From the NCBI GenBank assembly GCA_964035545.1, contig OZ037767.1, positions 8,070,581 to 8,134,580 on the forward strand: a DNA stretch of 64,000 nucleotides, read 5' to 3'. The translations under genes were made by a program, and so were the position numbers. Each line of letters begins with the position of its first letter. Positions within the stretch are counted from its first letter, which is position 1. The notes under the pieces are model-generated. The model did not search any database and was not told the DNA's origin. It worked only from the letters and a program-made list of their open reading frames with translations. The stretch comes from Bugula neritina (taxonomy: Eukaryota; Animalia; Bryozoa). Below, piece by piece: positions 30,801 to 40,005 of the stretch.

Positions 30801-32498
30801 ATGGAGTCCGCTAAGGACTTGTTCCATCAGCCTCTGGAAGGTGGCTGGGGCGGAGGTTAACCCGAAGGGCAGCACCTTCCACTTCCACAAACCGTCCCGT
30901 GTGATAAACGCCGCTTTCTCTTGGGCGTCGGGACTCAGAGGAACCTGCCAATAGCCGCTTAGCAAGTCTAACGTACTGAAGTACTTGCTGCCGGCTAGGG
31001 CGTCCAATGACTCGTCAATACGAGGTAGAGGGTAGGCGTCCTGTATGGTTACGCTATTGAGTTTGCGGTAATCCACACAGAACCGCCAACTGCCGTCTTT
31101 CTTCCGGACCAGTACGACTGGCGAGCTCCACGCACTATGGGCGGGCTCTATCAGTCCCCGGTCCAGAAGATCCCGTACTTGTCGGCTAACCTCCTTCTCT
31201 TTCTCCGGCCCCAGCCTGCGTGTGGGCTGCCGGACAGGGACTGTCCTTGCAGTCAGCGGTATTTCGTGTCTGACAATGCCAGTCAGTCCCACGTCATGCT
31301 CTCCGCTGCTGAACACATCACCGTAGTCGCGTAGTAACTTGGCCATAGCTTGGCGTTCTCTGTTACTCGTGCAGCCGCCACTGGCTGTTTCGTATAACTC
31401 CCGGAGATGTGTTGGGACTGCCCCTCGTCCCTGAATAGGGTGTCGAGGGGGTGCCTCCGTCGCGTCACCCAGCGACGGGCCCACGTCCTCTTCCTGGACG
31501 GAATGGAACCGGCCCAGCATTGACCCAGCTGGGAGCTCAATGGGCTCGGTAAAGGGGTTGACGCACTGCACTAAGACCTCCCCTCGCTCAGTTAGTCGGT
31601 TTAAACTACTGGCGAGTTGGATCTTTTCGTGCGCGCTTTCAACGACCCCGAGCCTGGCTATCCGGTTGCTGTTCACTCGGCAGTGGATAGTAGCTCTGGA
31701 GCGTCCGGGTACGGTGCAGTTTCGAACTACCTGAACACCGCCCACCAGGGGACGCCCAAACTTATCCACACAGGCGAGTTCTCGCCCGCCCATCAGCACC
31801 ACCGACTTACTGAAATCTATTCGGCACTGGTGTTGCTTCAAGAAGGGCATTCCGAGGATAGCATCTTCTTCCAGTTGACCTATGACAAAGGTCTCCTGTA
31901 CAGCCTGATCTCGGACACGCCCAGGGAGCTCGATAATACCATAAAAGGGGATACATGACCCGTCTGCCAGGGTGCCATGTTCTCCAGTATACGGTCGTAC
32001 TCTATCCCTGTCCCGGCGGGGCAGTGCCTCAAAGACTCTACGACTGAGAAGGTTGGTAGTACAACCGGAGTCGAGCAGGAAAGTGACGGCGTTGCCGGCC
32101 ACCTTTCCGGGTAGGAAATAGCTCTCTCCATGTGGTTGTACTTTCACCCCCCCGGCATGTGCTGTCCTGGTTTGACAGGACGGCGGGGGTTTCACCCGTG
32201 GTTTACGGGGCTTCCGGCGGCGAGGTTGGTGCCGGCGGGGTTTGGGCCTCTCCACTGGGCCTTCTGGCTCCATTTCAGTGGCGGGCTCCTCTTCCCGAGG
32301 TAACCGGTGAAACCGGTTAGTGAGTGGCAGGGAGAAGGTACTGGGCCGTTGTGCGGGCCTACTAGTCCTGCGTGGTACCTGCCACTCGGGTGGAATGTTC
32401 CGCCGTGTCCGTACGGACAAACGACGGCGCGTTCCACCATACTCCTTTAATTGCGGCCCGCGGGGAGGGAGTGTGTCCGCGGGCCGTGACAGTTTAAC
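27834..32498 (-). CDS. pol: Pol of Gypsy element 1 (entered by -1 frameshift)
   Basis: Protease LLDSG, RT YLDD, RNase H DTDAS, integrase HHCC and D-D-E (VDL, SDQG, VERNN); frame is open back to the slippery site at 32492-32498. Confidence 0.93.
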   Translation of the reverse strand, partial: VKLSRPADTLPPRGPQLKEYGGTRRRLSVRTRRNIPPEWQVPRRTSRPAQRPSTFSLPLTNRFHRLPREEEPATEMEPEGPVERPKPRRHQPRRRKPRKPRVKPPPSCQTRTAHAGGVKVQPHGESYFLPGKVAGNAVTFLLDSGCTTNLLSRRVFEALPRRDRDRVRPYTGEHGTLADGSCIPFYGIIELPGRVRDQAVQETFVIGQLEEDAILGMPFLKQHQCRIDFSKSVVLMGGRELACVDKFGRPLVGGVQVVRNCTVPGRSRATIHCRVNSNRIARLGVVESAHEKIQLASSLNRLTERGEVLVQCVNPFTEPIELPAGSMLGRFHSVQEEDVGPSLGDATEAPPRHPIQGRGAVPTHLRELYETASGGCTSNRERQAMAKLLRDYGDVFSSGEHDVGLTGIVRHEIPLTARTVPVRQPTRRLGPEKEKEVSRQVRDLLDRGLIEPAHSAWSSPVVLVRKKDGSWRFCVDYRKLNSVTIQDAYPLPRIDESLDALAGSKYFSTLDLLSGYWQVPLSPDAQEKAAFITRDGLWKWKVLPFGLTSAPATFQRLMEQVLSGLHWKTLLVYLDDVIVISPDFETHVSRLQEVFERLRGAGLKLKPSKCALLQPEVKYLGHVVGRNGVATDPEKVRAVEDWVTPQDLTGLRAFLGLVGYYRQYIPDFAGIAQPLNRLTAKGVTWQWTPVEQEAFDRLKGCLLTAPILAYPDPTLEYILDTDASDQNVGAVLSQVQEGREVVVAYNSKSLSPAERNYCTTRKELLAVIKSVKHFRPYLYGRKFRLRTDHASLIWLCKRAEPSSQVARWLEILAEFSYRIEHRPGKRHSNADGLSRRPDGGCKQCLNIERRDGGPPRCELETLAHHGAPFDWDQGQLRQRVDASPEDVQNLRANPVLAGNVRELKKLQEELPGVVADIYRAKREGRRPSEERIRQGCAEFRLYCQRWDSLRIGQDGLLTISLAASGRHPERKRVVCPTAIRRELIWDTHKQAHAGVKRVISKLRLRWYWPQMERDVRLRVKQCEICQASKHSRPPGEAGRRRLYAGRPWQVVAVDLVGPMPLTPRGNNWILVLTDHFTRWADALAIPDASAPTVARALDQHVFCYFGLPEQIHSDQGAQFQSQLMSDLCHLWGVNQSRTTPYHPQGNGVVERNNRMLGDALRSLLLGRGQEEWDTVLPQVMRAYRSTPHTSTGETPNLLMLGRETRVPDHLTYHVPEQDNSVHEYASELVERMKAAHDILRQQQWKVRHEDSDEPPLYQRGDKVWMVNYRRRRGQADKLKPKFVGPYVVVEAMPNHTYKIERSGQVSIQNESRLKPYWASPDGVGEAPPLLEPRRQTTTRGRQRHGPEYEVVIPREENLVREERQLLSTEACPPPPSQIPSLPETEPVPEVQTPTEGGAPSGEQEEVTTNGEVETPLEAPTNEPLVETPLEAPTNEPASVSPPLERGQRTRKPPPYLKDFICDCIRSGAHESLGENRTMKCWSCEPHANINFCEGGIVGGINARKANSSDLVPQKRCSAFSYADIAKGRRISQPAPTLPRTLSMDINTEFPGKPV
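28191..28266. repeat. 39 bp in-frame tandem duplication in the pol C-terminal extension
   Basis: Encodes VETPLEAPTNEP twice. Confidence 0.9.
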
Positions 32499-33313
32499 GC
32501 CCCCTGGTATTGGGGTCGTCTTTTCTGTCCCTGGTCCTGATCGGTGCTACTCCAGCCCTGCCCCACAGATGTTGGGGGCATCCGTAAGGCCTGACCGGGG
32601 CCAGCACCGGCCAGAATGGTTACCAATTGTCCCAGCATCTCTACCATGCGGTCCACTTCGGCTTCCAGCGGGAGGGCTTCGGAGCCTGTCGTAGCCCTGG
32701 CAGCGCTGACTCCAACTACTGGGGGGTTCCTTTGTGCTCGATGCATTTGGGTAGCCAACAGGTAAGCTTCTCCAGCCTTCAGGGCATCCTCTATTCTGGT
32801 TATCCCTTTAGCTCGTAGGTGATGGTCTAGGCCCAGGTCGTTTAGGGACTGGACAAAGGCGTCATAGGTGTAACGCTCTTGGTGTTGTGCTGGCAGATCG
32901 CTATATGCAATCTGCGCCAGCTTCTTCACCGTCGCGGCATGTTCTTGCAGCGAGGTCCGCGGGGTGCGGCACAATCTCTCCAGCTTGGTCCTAGCGTCTA
33001 TGACGGAGGTGCCAAAACGGGCCCGCAGCGCAGCCAGTATGCCGTCTACGTCCGTTCCCACTCCGTACGGCTTGGCTTGCTCCGTCACCGCTCTCCGCAA
33101 TTGAATGAGGGCCACTCTATGCGGCCATTGAGCAACTTCCATTACCTCTCTAAATTCTTGTATAAATTGTTCGACATCTTCCGACCCAGTAAAGGTGGGA
33201 GCTTTCAAGCAATGTCTATAAGCTTCTTCTCCTTCACGATTCACAGGATTAATAGCATTTCTACGCTCACCTTCTACTGGGGGTGGTTGCATTCTAGCAG
33301 TTTCAGTCTCCAT
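32447..33313 (-). CDS. gag: Gag of Gypsy element 1
   Basis: 288 aa ORF just after the PBS; LKAPTFTGSEDVEQFIQEF...W...LRARFG resembles retrotransposon capsid. Confidence 0.85.
   Translation of the reverse strand: METETARMQPPPVEGERRNAINPVNREGEEAYRHCLKAPTFTGSEDVEQFIQEFREVMEVAQWPHRVALIQLRRAVTEQAKPYGVGTDVDGILAALRARFGTSVIDARTKLERLCRTPRTSLQEHAATVKKLAQIAYSDLPAQHQERYTYDAFVQSLNDLGLDHHLRAKGITRIEDALKAGEAYLLATQMHRAQRNPPVVGVSAARATTGSEALPLEAEVDRMVEMLGQLVTILAGAGPGQALRMPPTSVGQGWSSTDQDQGQKRRPQYQGALNCHGPRTHSLPAGRN
32455..32498 (-). promoter_or_regulatory. Putative -1 ribosomal frameshift signal
   Basis: G_TTA_AAC in the gag frame, 6-nt spacer, perfect 9-bp stem GGCCCGCGG/CCGCGGGCC; pol is in the -1 frame. Confidence 0.75.
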
Positions 33314-33327
33314 CTTTGATATACACT

Positions 33328-33345
33328 ATCCCACCGCTGCCACCA
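33328..33345 (-). promoter_or_regulatory. Primer binding site, tRNA-Leu
   Basis: TGGTGGCAGCGGTGGGAT 1 nt inside the 5' LTR, complementary to the 3' end of eukaryotic tRNA-Leu (ATCCCACCGCTGCCA-CCA). Confidence 0.85.
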
Positions 33346-34757
33346 CTGTTATAATTTTCAGATTTAGGGTCGATGTGCCACCAAGAGAGTCTATTTATCA
33401 CTAGAGAAACTTCACCGGTTAAGTCGAGTAGATATCGTTATATTTAATACAAGAATACATAATAAAAGTCCAATGTACAACAGTAATGATACGCACGTCT
33501 ATTTGGTTTTACAGCACTATCCTCAACTGAGCTAGTAGCGCGAAGCGGCTACTATTACTTATAAACAGCTTAGCTAATTGGCTAATACATGGTTCCGGGT
33601 CAATACGCAACCTTGCGTATTGTGTTGCTGGTAGCTCCACGAGCCACCACAATATGATGCTAACTCAGGATTGTTGAAGTGTGCTTTTTAATCTGTGAAA
33701 AGTTTATTCAGCATATATTTTAGACTACGACTGTATAGGTGTAAAAAGTGTAAAAGTTTAGTTTAGAATATATATTTATAACATGCAGTCTGTGATAATA
33801 TATGCATTTTAACTTTTGATAAACTATGGGAGTTATTTTTATACATGAACAGCAAATTGCGAAAGCTGTTATGAGGGCTTTGTCAACTATATGTATTATC
33901 AATCTTATGTTATTAAAGCTATGTAGTAACAACAAAGTTTGGCTGACAAATGAAGCATTAAATTTCACAGAAACATTTTGTCACTACAACAGTAAAATAC
34001 TGCGGTAATAACAGCGGTGTTGTGGTTTCCAAAATGTTATAAAACTGTGTTTATATTAGTTGTTGGTCAGGCTAGTCACTTAGTTTTGAGAGTCAGTAAA
34101 ATAAAGTAGCGGCCTAACGTGCTGTTAACATTTGGGATTTTCCCAATAAACTGGAAATTTATTCAGTTCATTGGATTTTCCAGAATTTGTAGCGAGAGTT
34201 TTAAAACTATGCCCGGGTACGCAGCGATGGAACCGTAATTCACACGTCATAATAGAGACGTAGGTTTCAACGTAGGTTTAGCGACCTTGACTCCCTAATG
34301 CGCGTTTCACCTCGCATCCGTTACATGCCTCCCAACATCAATTTTGTGTACTCTTTGCTGAGTTCATTCTCAGTACTCAATACATTATGTGAGAACCTCC
34401 ATTGAAATATGTTTTGTTGTAAACGGCAAGATTTACCTTTTTAGTTTCACACCCCGGTGACTCACGAATCATTAACAGTTACTCACTCTAAATCAAAGCG
34501 AGTTTCTTCAGTGATAGTGATACTATCAGTATCACTGATAGTGATAATGATATCATGTTGATTTTCATTGTAATTGTCTGATCGGGTATCTCATAACTCT
34601 TAGTAAAATACTTGAACCTTAAAAAGAAAAACAAAACGGGCTGAACTAAGACTTCAACTGTTGGTTTTGAAGCTAAACTTGCAAACTAAAAGTAAAAGCA
34701 AAAGCTTGAAAAGTTCGAAATTTTTAATTTAAAAAAAGAATAGTTGTCGTTTAATAG

Positions 34758-37700
34758 TGTAGTAAACTTGTGGGTTCTGAATGCAACTAGTGCCTACATG
34801 CTCTAGAAAGAATAAGCCAAGTATTTGAGTACAAATGAGGATAACCTTTATTGTATCAGATACAGCTTATGTGGTCCTACTACCAGCGAGCTCCAGTAGT
34901 AGTCTGAATCTACACTGGAAACTCGCCTGCTTTTATACACAAGAATTCACATCTAGAATGTTCCAACAGACAAAAGAAAGTTAAGCTTGACAGTAACAAA
35001 AGAAAAATAGACAAAGGAGAATGAATAATTCAATAGGCCAAGAATTTAGCTATAATAACAACCTATTGAAGGCATTCATAAAAGCTACACAAATTTCCAG
35101 TATCAGTATTAATGCAAAACGATGAAATAGCAAAAAGGGAAAATAACTCTGGAAATGCGTATTTAATGAAAATTACATTATACTGAAAGCTTAATCGCAA
35201 TAATAAGGCATTAGAAAGCTAGTGCAACTTAGCTACAATTACAGCATTCAAAATATACGCAACAGTAATTATAATACTGACACACGCAGTTACTTGAGAA
35301 CAGTAGAGGATGAGAATCTATCACATTCTCCCCCCATCGAAAAGCATCCCCTTTTCGATAACAAAACAATGATTCCACACAAAAAAATGAAACACAAACG
35401 TAGAAAAATATGCGGTTAACAGGAAAGTATTATGATTAATCACACGTAACACGAGAACATTTACAGTTCAGTTGGCTATTGCCAGCGGCCCCTGGTTGTC
35501 CGGTTTTATCATTAGAGGTGGTGCACCAGGCTTTCTATCTCTTCTGTACTTGGATCGAGGATATGGGACCAGGCCTCGATTGCGCTATCCAGGACGCACT
35601 CTCGGTAAGGAAGTGCCATACTCTGCCCGTGACGGGGCAATTGTGGGTGGGTTGGCTGAGTCTGTTCTTCTATCTGGTTGCCTGGTGCTCCAGATATCCA
35701 ATACTGGCGGGCGACCAGGGCCCGAGGCATTGCCAGTATTGGAGAGTCCTCTTCGTCTCTGCCTGCGAGGTGGTCGCCGTATAGAGTGCCCTGCTCCTCC
35801 CCAGCTGTGAGCTGGAGCTCAACCGGTTCGGGGTCAGGGCCACTAACGCTGGCGGAACACACCTCGGAAGAGGGGGTGTCGTACTGCTGGCTGCGGGGAG
35901 CTGGTGGGGGAGGGGAGTCGGATCGACTGGCCTCCTCGGTATCCTTACGCTCCTCTGTTTGGGTATCCGGCGAGGTAATTCCCATAGCTGATGCTAGGGT
36001 CTGAATAACAGTGTTTAAATTATACTTAGGGGTATCAGGATTAGAATTCAACTTGAGCTGTAACTCACGTGCTAGCTGTGTGAAATCTTCTTCTTGGTGG
36101 AATTCTCCGGGGTGATGGAGGGAATTTCCAGCCAAGATGGGGTGGTCGTCCGTACTGGGTGGGTTTTCTTCATGAGGGGGCCACTCCAGGTGCCCTACAG
36201 CATAGTCTGCCAGATACCTGGGGGGTCTTCTTGACCGCTGGCTCCTCTCAATTGGAACAGGCACCTGTGGTGTTGGTGGCTCCTGGGCTACCCTAGTAGG
36301 GGGGTCCCCGCCTTCACCCAACACGGGGGTGGGGGTGTCCTCCCCCAGGGAGGGTGGTGGTCCTAGGGCTTGCCGCTGTTCCTGTTCCCGCTCTTCTCTC
36401 TGCTGTTGCTCCAGCTGCTCTATCAAGGCGGCCTGCTCCTGGTCCGACTCTCTGGGAACCACAATTTCCACCTCTCGGGGCTGGGTGGCCCGTCCTCGAC
36501 GGTTGGGCTGGCGGTGGGGCTCCAGGAGGGGTGGAGCCTCACCCACTGCGTCTGGGCTGGCATGGTAAGGCTTCAGGCGCTGCTCGCTCTGGACCGAGAC
36601 CTGTCCAGAGCGCTCCACACGGTATGTGTGGTTGGGCAGCACCTCCACTACACAGTAGGGACCGACGAACTTGGGCTGAAGTTTAGCCGACTGTCCGCGT
36701 CGCCTACGGTAGCTCACCATCCAGACCCAGTCTCCCACTTGGTACAACGAGGGCTCTTCCGAGTCCTCTGTGCGGGTCTGCCACTGCTGGGTACGCAGTG
36801 CATCATGAGCTTTGCCCATGATGTCTATCAGACCCTCCACATATTCGTGTACCGGTGACTCGGGGGCAGGAACATGGTATGTCAGGTGTTCCGGAACCCG
36901 CGTCTCTCGGCCTAGCATCAGGAAGTTTGGGGTCTCCTGCGTGGCGGAGTGTGGTGTGCTGCGGTAAGCCCGCATGATTTGCGGCAGCACCACGTCCCAT
37001 TCTTCCTGACCTCGACCAAGGAGCAGGCTCCTGAGGGCGTCACCCAACATCCTGTTGTTCCGCTCGACGACTCCGTTCCCTTGCGGGTGATATGGGGTGG
37101 TCCGACTCTGGTTCACCCCCCATATCCGGCAGAGGTCTCCCATGAGCTGGGACTGGAACTGGGCACCCTGGTTCGTATGTATCTGCTCGGGTAAACCGAG
37201 GTAACAGAACACATGTTGGTCCAGGGTCCGGGCCACCGTGGGGGCTGTTGCGTCTGGAATAGCCAGAGCATCTGCCCACCGGGTAAAGTGGTCCGTGAGC
37301 ACCAGTATCCAGGTGTTCCCTCTGGCGGATAACGGCATAGGCCCGACGAGGTCTACCGCCACTACTTGCCACGGTCGACCAGCGTATAGCCGGCGTCGAC
37401 CAGTGGTTTCCGTGGGGCGGCCATGCTTGCTAGCTTGGCAGACCTCGCATTGCCGTACCCGCAGTCGTACGTCCCGAGTCATTCCGGGCCAATACCAACG
37501 CAGCCGCAGACACCTGATGACCCGACTGACTCCAGAATGAGCCTGCTTATGGGTGTCCCAGATCAGTTCCCGTCGGAGGGCGCGTGGACAGACGACGCGG
37601 TCCCTCTCTTGCTGACGGTTGTCTGCTGCTAACGTTATCATCAGGAGGCCATCAGGACTGACCTTGAGGGCATCCCAGCGACGACAGAGGAGTTGGAACT

Positions 37701-39950
37701 CAACGTCTCCCTGCCGTTGCTGCTCCTCGCTAGGTCGTCGGCCCTCCTTCTTGGCCCGGAAAATGTCCGCTACCGCGCCGGGTAGCGTCTCCTGGAGTCG
37801 GCACAGCTCCTTGACATTCTGGTACAGAGTGGGGTTGGCGTGGAGCGCCTGGACGTCGTCTGAGTGGGTTTCGGTCCGAAGATGGCCGTGCTCCCACCGA
37901 TAGACGGCGCCCTCCCCTAACTCTGTTTCCACGTCAAGGCGAGCGGGTCCCCCGTCCCGCTTCTCAATGTGCAGGCACTGCTTACAGTCTCCTACCGGCC
38001 GGCGGCTCATGCCGTCAGCGTTCCCGTGCTTCCGGCCAGCACGGTGTTCTATCCGGTAAGAGAACTCGGCAAGAATCTCTAGCCAACGAGCCACCTGGCT
38101 CGAGGGCTCTGCACGTTTACACAGCCATATCAGTGATGCATGGTCTGTTCGCAAACGGAACGTTCTCCCATACAGATATGGCCGAAAGTGCTTGACCGCC
38201 TTGACTACTGCTAGGAGTTCCTTCCTAGTGGTGCAGTAGTTCTTCTCGGCGGCCGCGAGAGTCTTGCTGTAGTAAGCTACGACCACCTCACTTCCACCCT
38301 GAACTTGAGACAGGATAGCTCCCACGCTGTGGTCGCTGGCGTCAGTGTCCAGGATGTACTCTTGGGCTGGGTCAGGATACGCCAGAATTGGCGCCTCCAT
38401 TAGCCGCTGCTTGAGGTGGTCAAATGCCTGCTGCTCCTCCTGTGTCCACTGCCACCGGACCCCCTTTGCGGTCAGCCGATTTAACGGCTGAGCCACTCCT
38501 GCGAAGCCAGGTATGTACTGCCGGTAGTACCCTACTAGGCCCAGGAACGCGCGCAACTCAGGGAGGTCACGGGGGACAGTCCACTCCTTCACAGCCTGTA
38601 CCTTCTCCGGGTCGGTAGCGACCCCGTCACGGCCAACCACATGGCCAAGGTACGTGACTTCCGGCTGCAGGAGTGCACACTTGGAGGGCTTTAGCTTCAG
38701 TCCAGCTGCCCGGAGACGGTCAAAGACCTCCCGCAGACGACTGACATGGGTCGAGAAGTCTGGGGAGATGACAATGACGTCGTCCAGATAGATGAGGAGG
38801 GTCTTCCAGTGTAACCCACTGAGGACCTGCTCCATGAGCCGTTGGAAAGTTGCCGGAGCGGACGTTAATCCAAATGGCAGTACTTTCCACTTCCAGAGCC
38901 CGTCGCGGGTGATGAATGCTGCTTTATCCTGGGCATCAGGACTGAGGGGTACTTGCCAGTACCCGCTAAGCAGATCCAAAGTACTGAAGTACTTGCTACC
39001 CGCGAGGGCATCTAAAGACTCATCTATCCGTGGGAGAGGGTAGGCGTCCTGGATGGTAACACTGTTGAGTCTGCGGTAGTCCACGCAGAATCTCCAGCTA
39101 CCATCCTTCTTCTTGACCAGGACTACTGGAGAGCTCCACGCACCGTGGGCAGGCTCAATCAGATCCCGGTCGAGAAGATCCTGTACCTGTCGGCTCACCT
39201 CCTTCTCCTTCTCCGGGCCTAGACGCCGGGTAGGCTGCCTGATGGGAGTGGTGCCGGCTGCCAGGGGTATCTCGTGGGAGATGACCTTGGTCAGCCCCAT
39301 GTCTCCATCGCCACGACTGAAGACATCACTGTACTCCGCAAGTAGTTGAGCCAGTACTTGGCGTTCAGTACTACTTGTACAGTTTCCACACGCTCCATCA
39401 TATAGGTCAGCCATATGCTCTGGGACTGCTCCTCGTCTGGTGTGAGGGGGGTTCCCCTGGGTGTCGGTCACTGTCTCCAGTGCCGGACCCACATCCGCTT
39501 CCTGGATGGAGTGGTACTTCCCCACCAGCGCTCCAGCCGATAATCGGACAGGTTCCGTGAAGGGGTTGATGCACTGCACGAGGAGCTCCTGCCGACAATC
39601 TAGCCGATTCAGGCTGTTTGCTAGTCGGATCGCTCCGTGTGTTCCCTCAACCACCCCCAGGCCGGCGATCCCCTTGCAGTTGACTCTGCAGCGAAGAGTC
39701 GCCTGGGATCTCCCCGGAACCGTGCAGTCCCGCACTACCTGGACTCCGCCCACCAAGGGCCTTCCGAACTTGTCGACGCAGACAAGCTCCTTCCCAGCCA
39801 TCACCACCACTGACTTCTGGAAATCCATGTGACACTGGTGTTTTTCCAGAAACGGCATTCCCAGGATGGCGTCCTCCTTCAGCTGGCTGACTATGAACGT
39901 CTCGTGAATTGCTTGATCACGGACGCGTCCAGGTAGTGAAATGACGTCGT
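34758..39950 (-). mobile_element. 5'-truncated Gypsy element 2 (partial PR, RT, RH, IN, 3' LTR 34758-35325)
   Basis: Pol homologous to element 1 from YDVISLPGRVRDQ onward; PPT GGGGGGAGAA next to a TG...CA LTR; no gag, PBS or 5' LTR. Confidence 0.88.
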
Positions 39951-40005
39951 ATGTCCACGTGCCCTCCGGCGGGAAATAATCTGGGACAACCATAAACAGG
40001 CCCAT
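35512..40005 (-). CDS. pol: Chimeric pol ORF of element 2 (N-terminus read from the antisense of element 3)
   Basis: 1497 aa ORF with YLDD, DTDAS and HHCC; lacks the protease catalytic DSG; integrase has HTNQG in place of HTDQG. Confidence 0.75.
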   Translation of the reverse strand: MGLFMVVPDYFPPEGTWTYDVISLPGRVRDQAIHETFIVSQLKEDAILGMPFLEKHQCHMDFQKSVVVMAGKELVCVDKFGRPLVGGVQVVRDCTVPGRSQATLRCRVNCKGIAGLGVVEGTHGAIRLANSLNRLDCRQELLVQCINPFTEPVRLSAGALVGKYHSIQEADVGPALETVTDTQGNPPHTRRGAVPEHMADLYDGACGNCTSSTERQVLAQLLAEYSDVFSRGDGDMGLTKVISHEIPLAAGTTPIRQPTRRLGPEKEKEVSRQVQDLLDRDLIEPAHGAWSSPVVLVKKKDGSWRFCVDYRRLNSVTIQDAYPLPRIDESLDALAGSKYFSTLDLLSGYWQVPLSPDAQDKAAFITRDGLWKWKVLPFGLTSAPATFQRLMEQVLSGLHWKTLLIYLDDVIVISPDFSTHVSRLREVFDRLRAAGLKLKPSKCALLQPEVTYLGHVVGRDGVATDPEKVQAVKEWTVPRDLPELRAFLGLVGYYRQYIPGFAGVAQPLNRLTAKGVRWQWTQEEQQAFDHLKQRLMEAPILAYPDPAQEYILDTDASDHSVGAILSQVQGGSEVVVAYYSKTLAAAEKNYCTTRKELLAVVKAVKHFRPYLYGRTFRLRTDHASLIWLCKRAEPSSQVARWLEILAEFSYRIEHRAGRKHGNADGMSRRPVGDCKQCLHIEKRDGGPARLDVETELGEGAVYRWEHGHLRTETHSDDVQALHANPTLYQNVKELCRLQETLPGAVADIFRAKKEGRRPSEEQQRQGDVEFQLLCRRWDALKVSPDGLLMITLAADNRQQERDRVVCPRALRRELIWDTHKQAHSGVSRVIRCLRLRWYWPGMTRDVRLRVRQCEVCQASKHGRPTETTGRRRLYAGRPWQVVAVDLVGPMPLSARGNTWILVLTDHFTRWADALAIPDATAPTVARTLDQHVFCYLGLPEQIHTNQGAQFQSQLMGDLCRIWGVNQSRTTPYHPQGNGVVERNNRMLGDALRSLLLGRGQEEWDVVLPQIMRAYRSTPHSATQETPNFLMLGRETRVPEHLTYHVPAPESPVHEYVEGLIDIMGKAHDALRTQQWQTRTEDSEEPSLYQVGDWVWMVSYRRRRGQSAKLQPKFVGPYCVVEVLPNHTYRVERSGQVSVQSEQRLKPYHASPDAVGEAPPLLEPHRQPNRRGRATQPREVEIVVPRESDQEQAALIEQLEQQQREEREQEQRQALGPPPSLGEDTPTPVLGEGGDPPTRVAQEPPTPQVPVPIERSQRSRRPPRYLADYAVGHLEWPPHEENPPSTDDHPILAGNSLHHPGEFHQEEDFTQLARELQLKLNSNPDTPKYNLNTVIQTLASAMGITSPDTQTEERKDTEEASRSDSPPPPAPRSQQYDTPSSEVCSASVSGPDPEPVELQLTAGEEQGTLYGDHLAGRDEEDSPILAMPRALVARQYWISGAPGNQIEEQTQPTHPQLPRHGQSMALPYRECVLDSAIEAWSHILDPSTEEIESLVHHL

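Larger units (their letters stand above)
26167..33651 (-). mobile_element. Full-length Ty3/Gypsy LTR retrotransposon (element 1), apparently intact and recent
   Basis: 305 bp LTRs 26167-26471 and 33347-33651 with 2 mismatches; TSD ATAT; PBS; PPT (GGAGGGGGCAG) next to the 3' LTR; gag, pol (PR-RT-RH-IN order) and ORF3 all open. Confidence 0.96.

Noticed and set aside
34200-34757. Possible Helitron or other repeat interrupted by element 2
   Set aside because: No diagnostic termini or second copy visible in the window.
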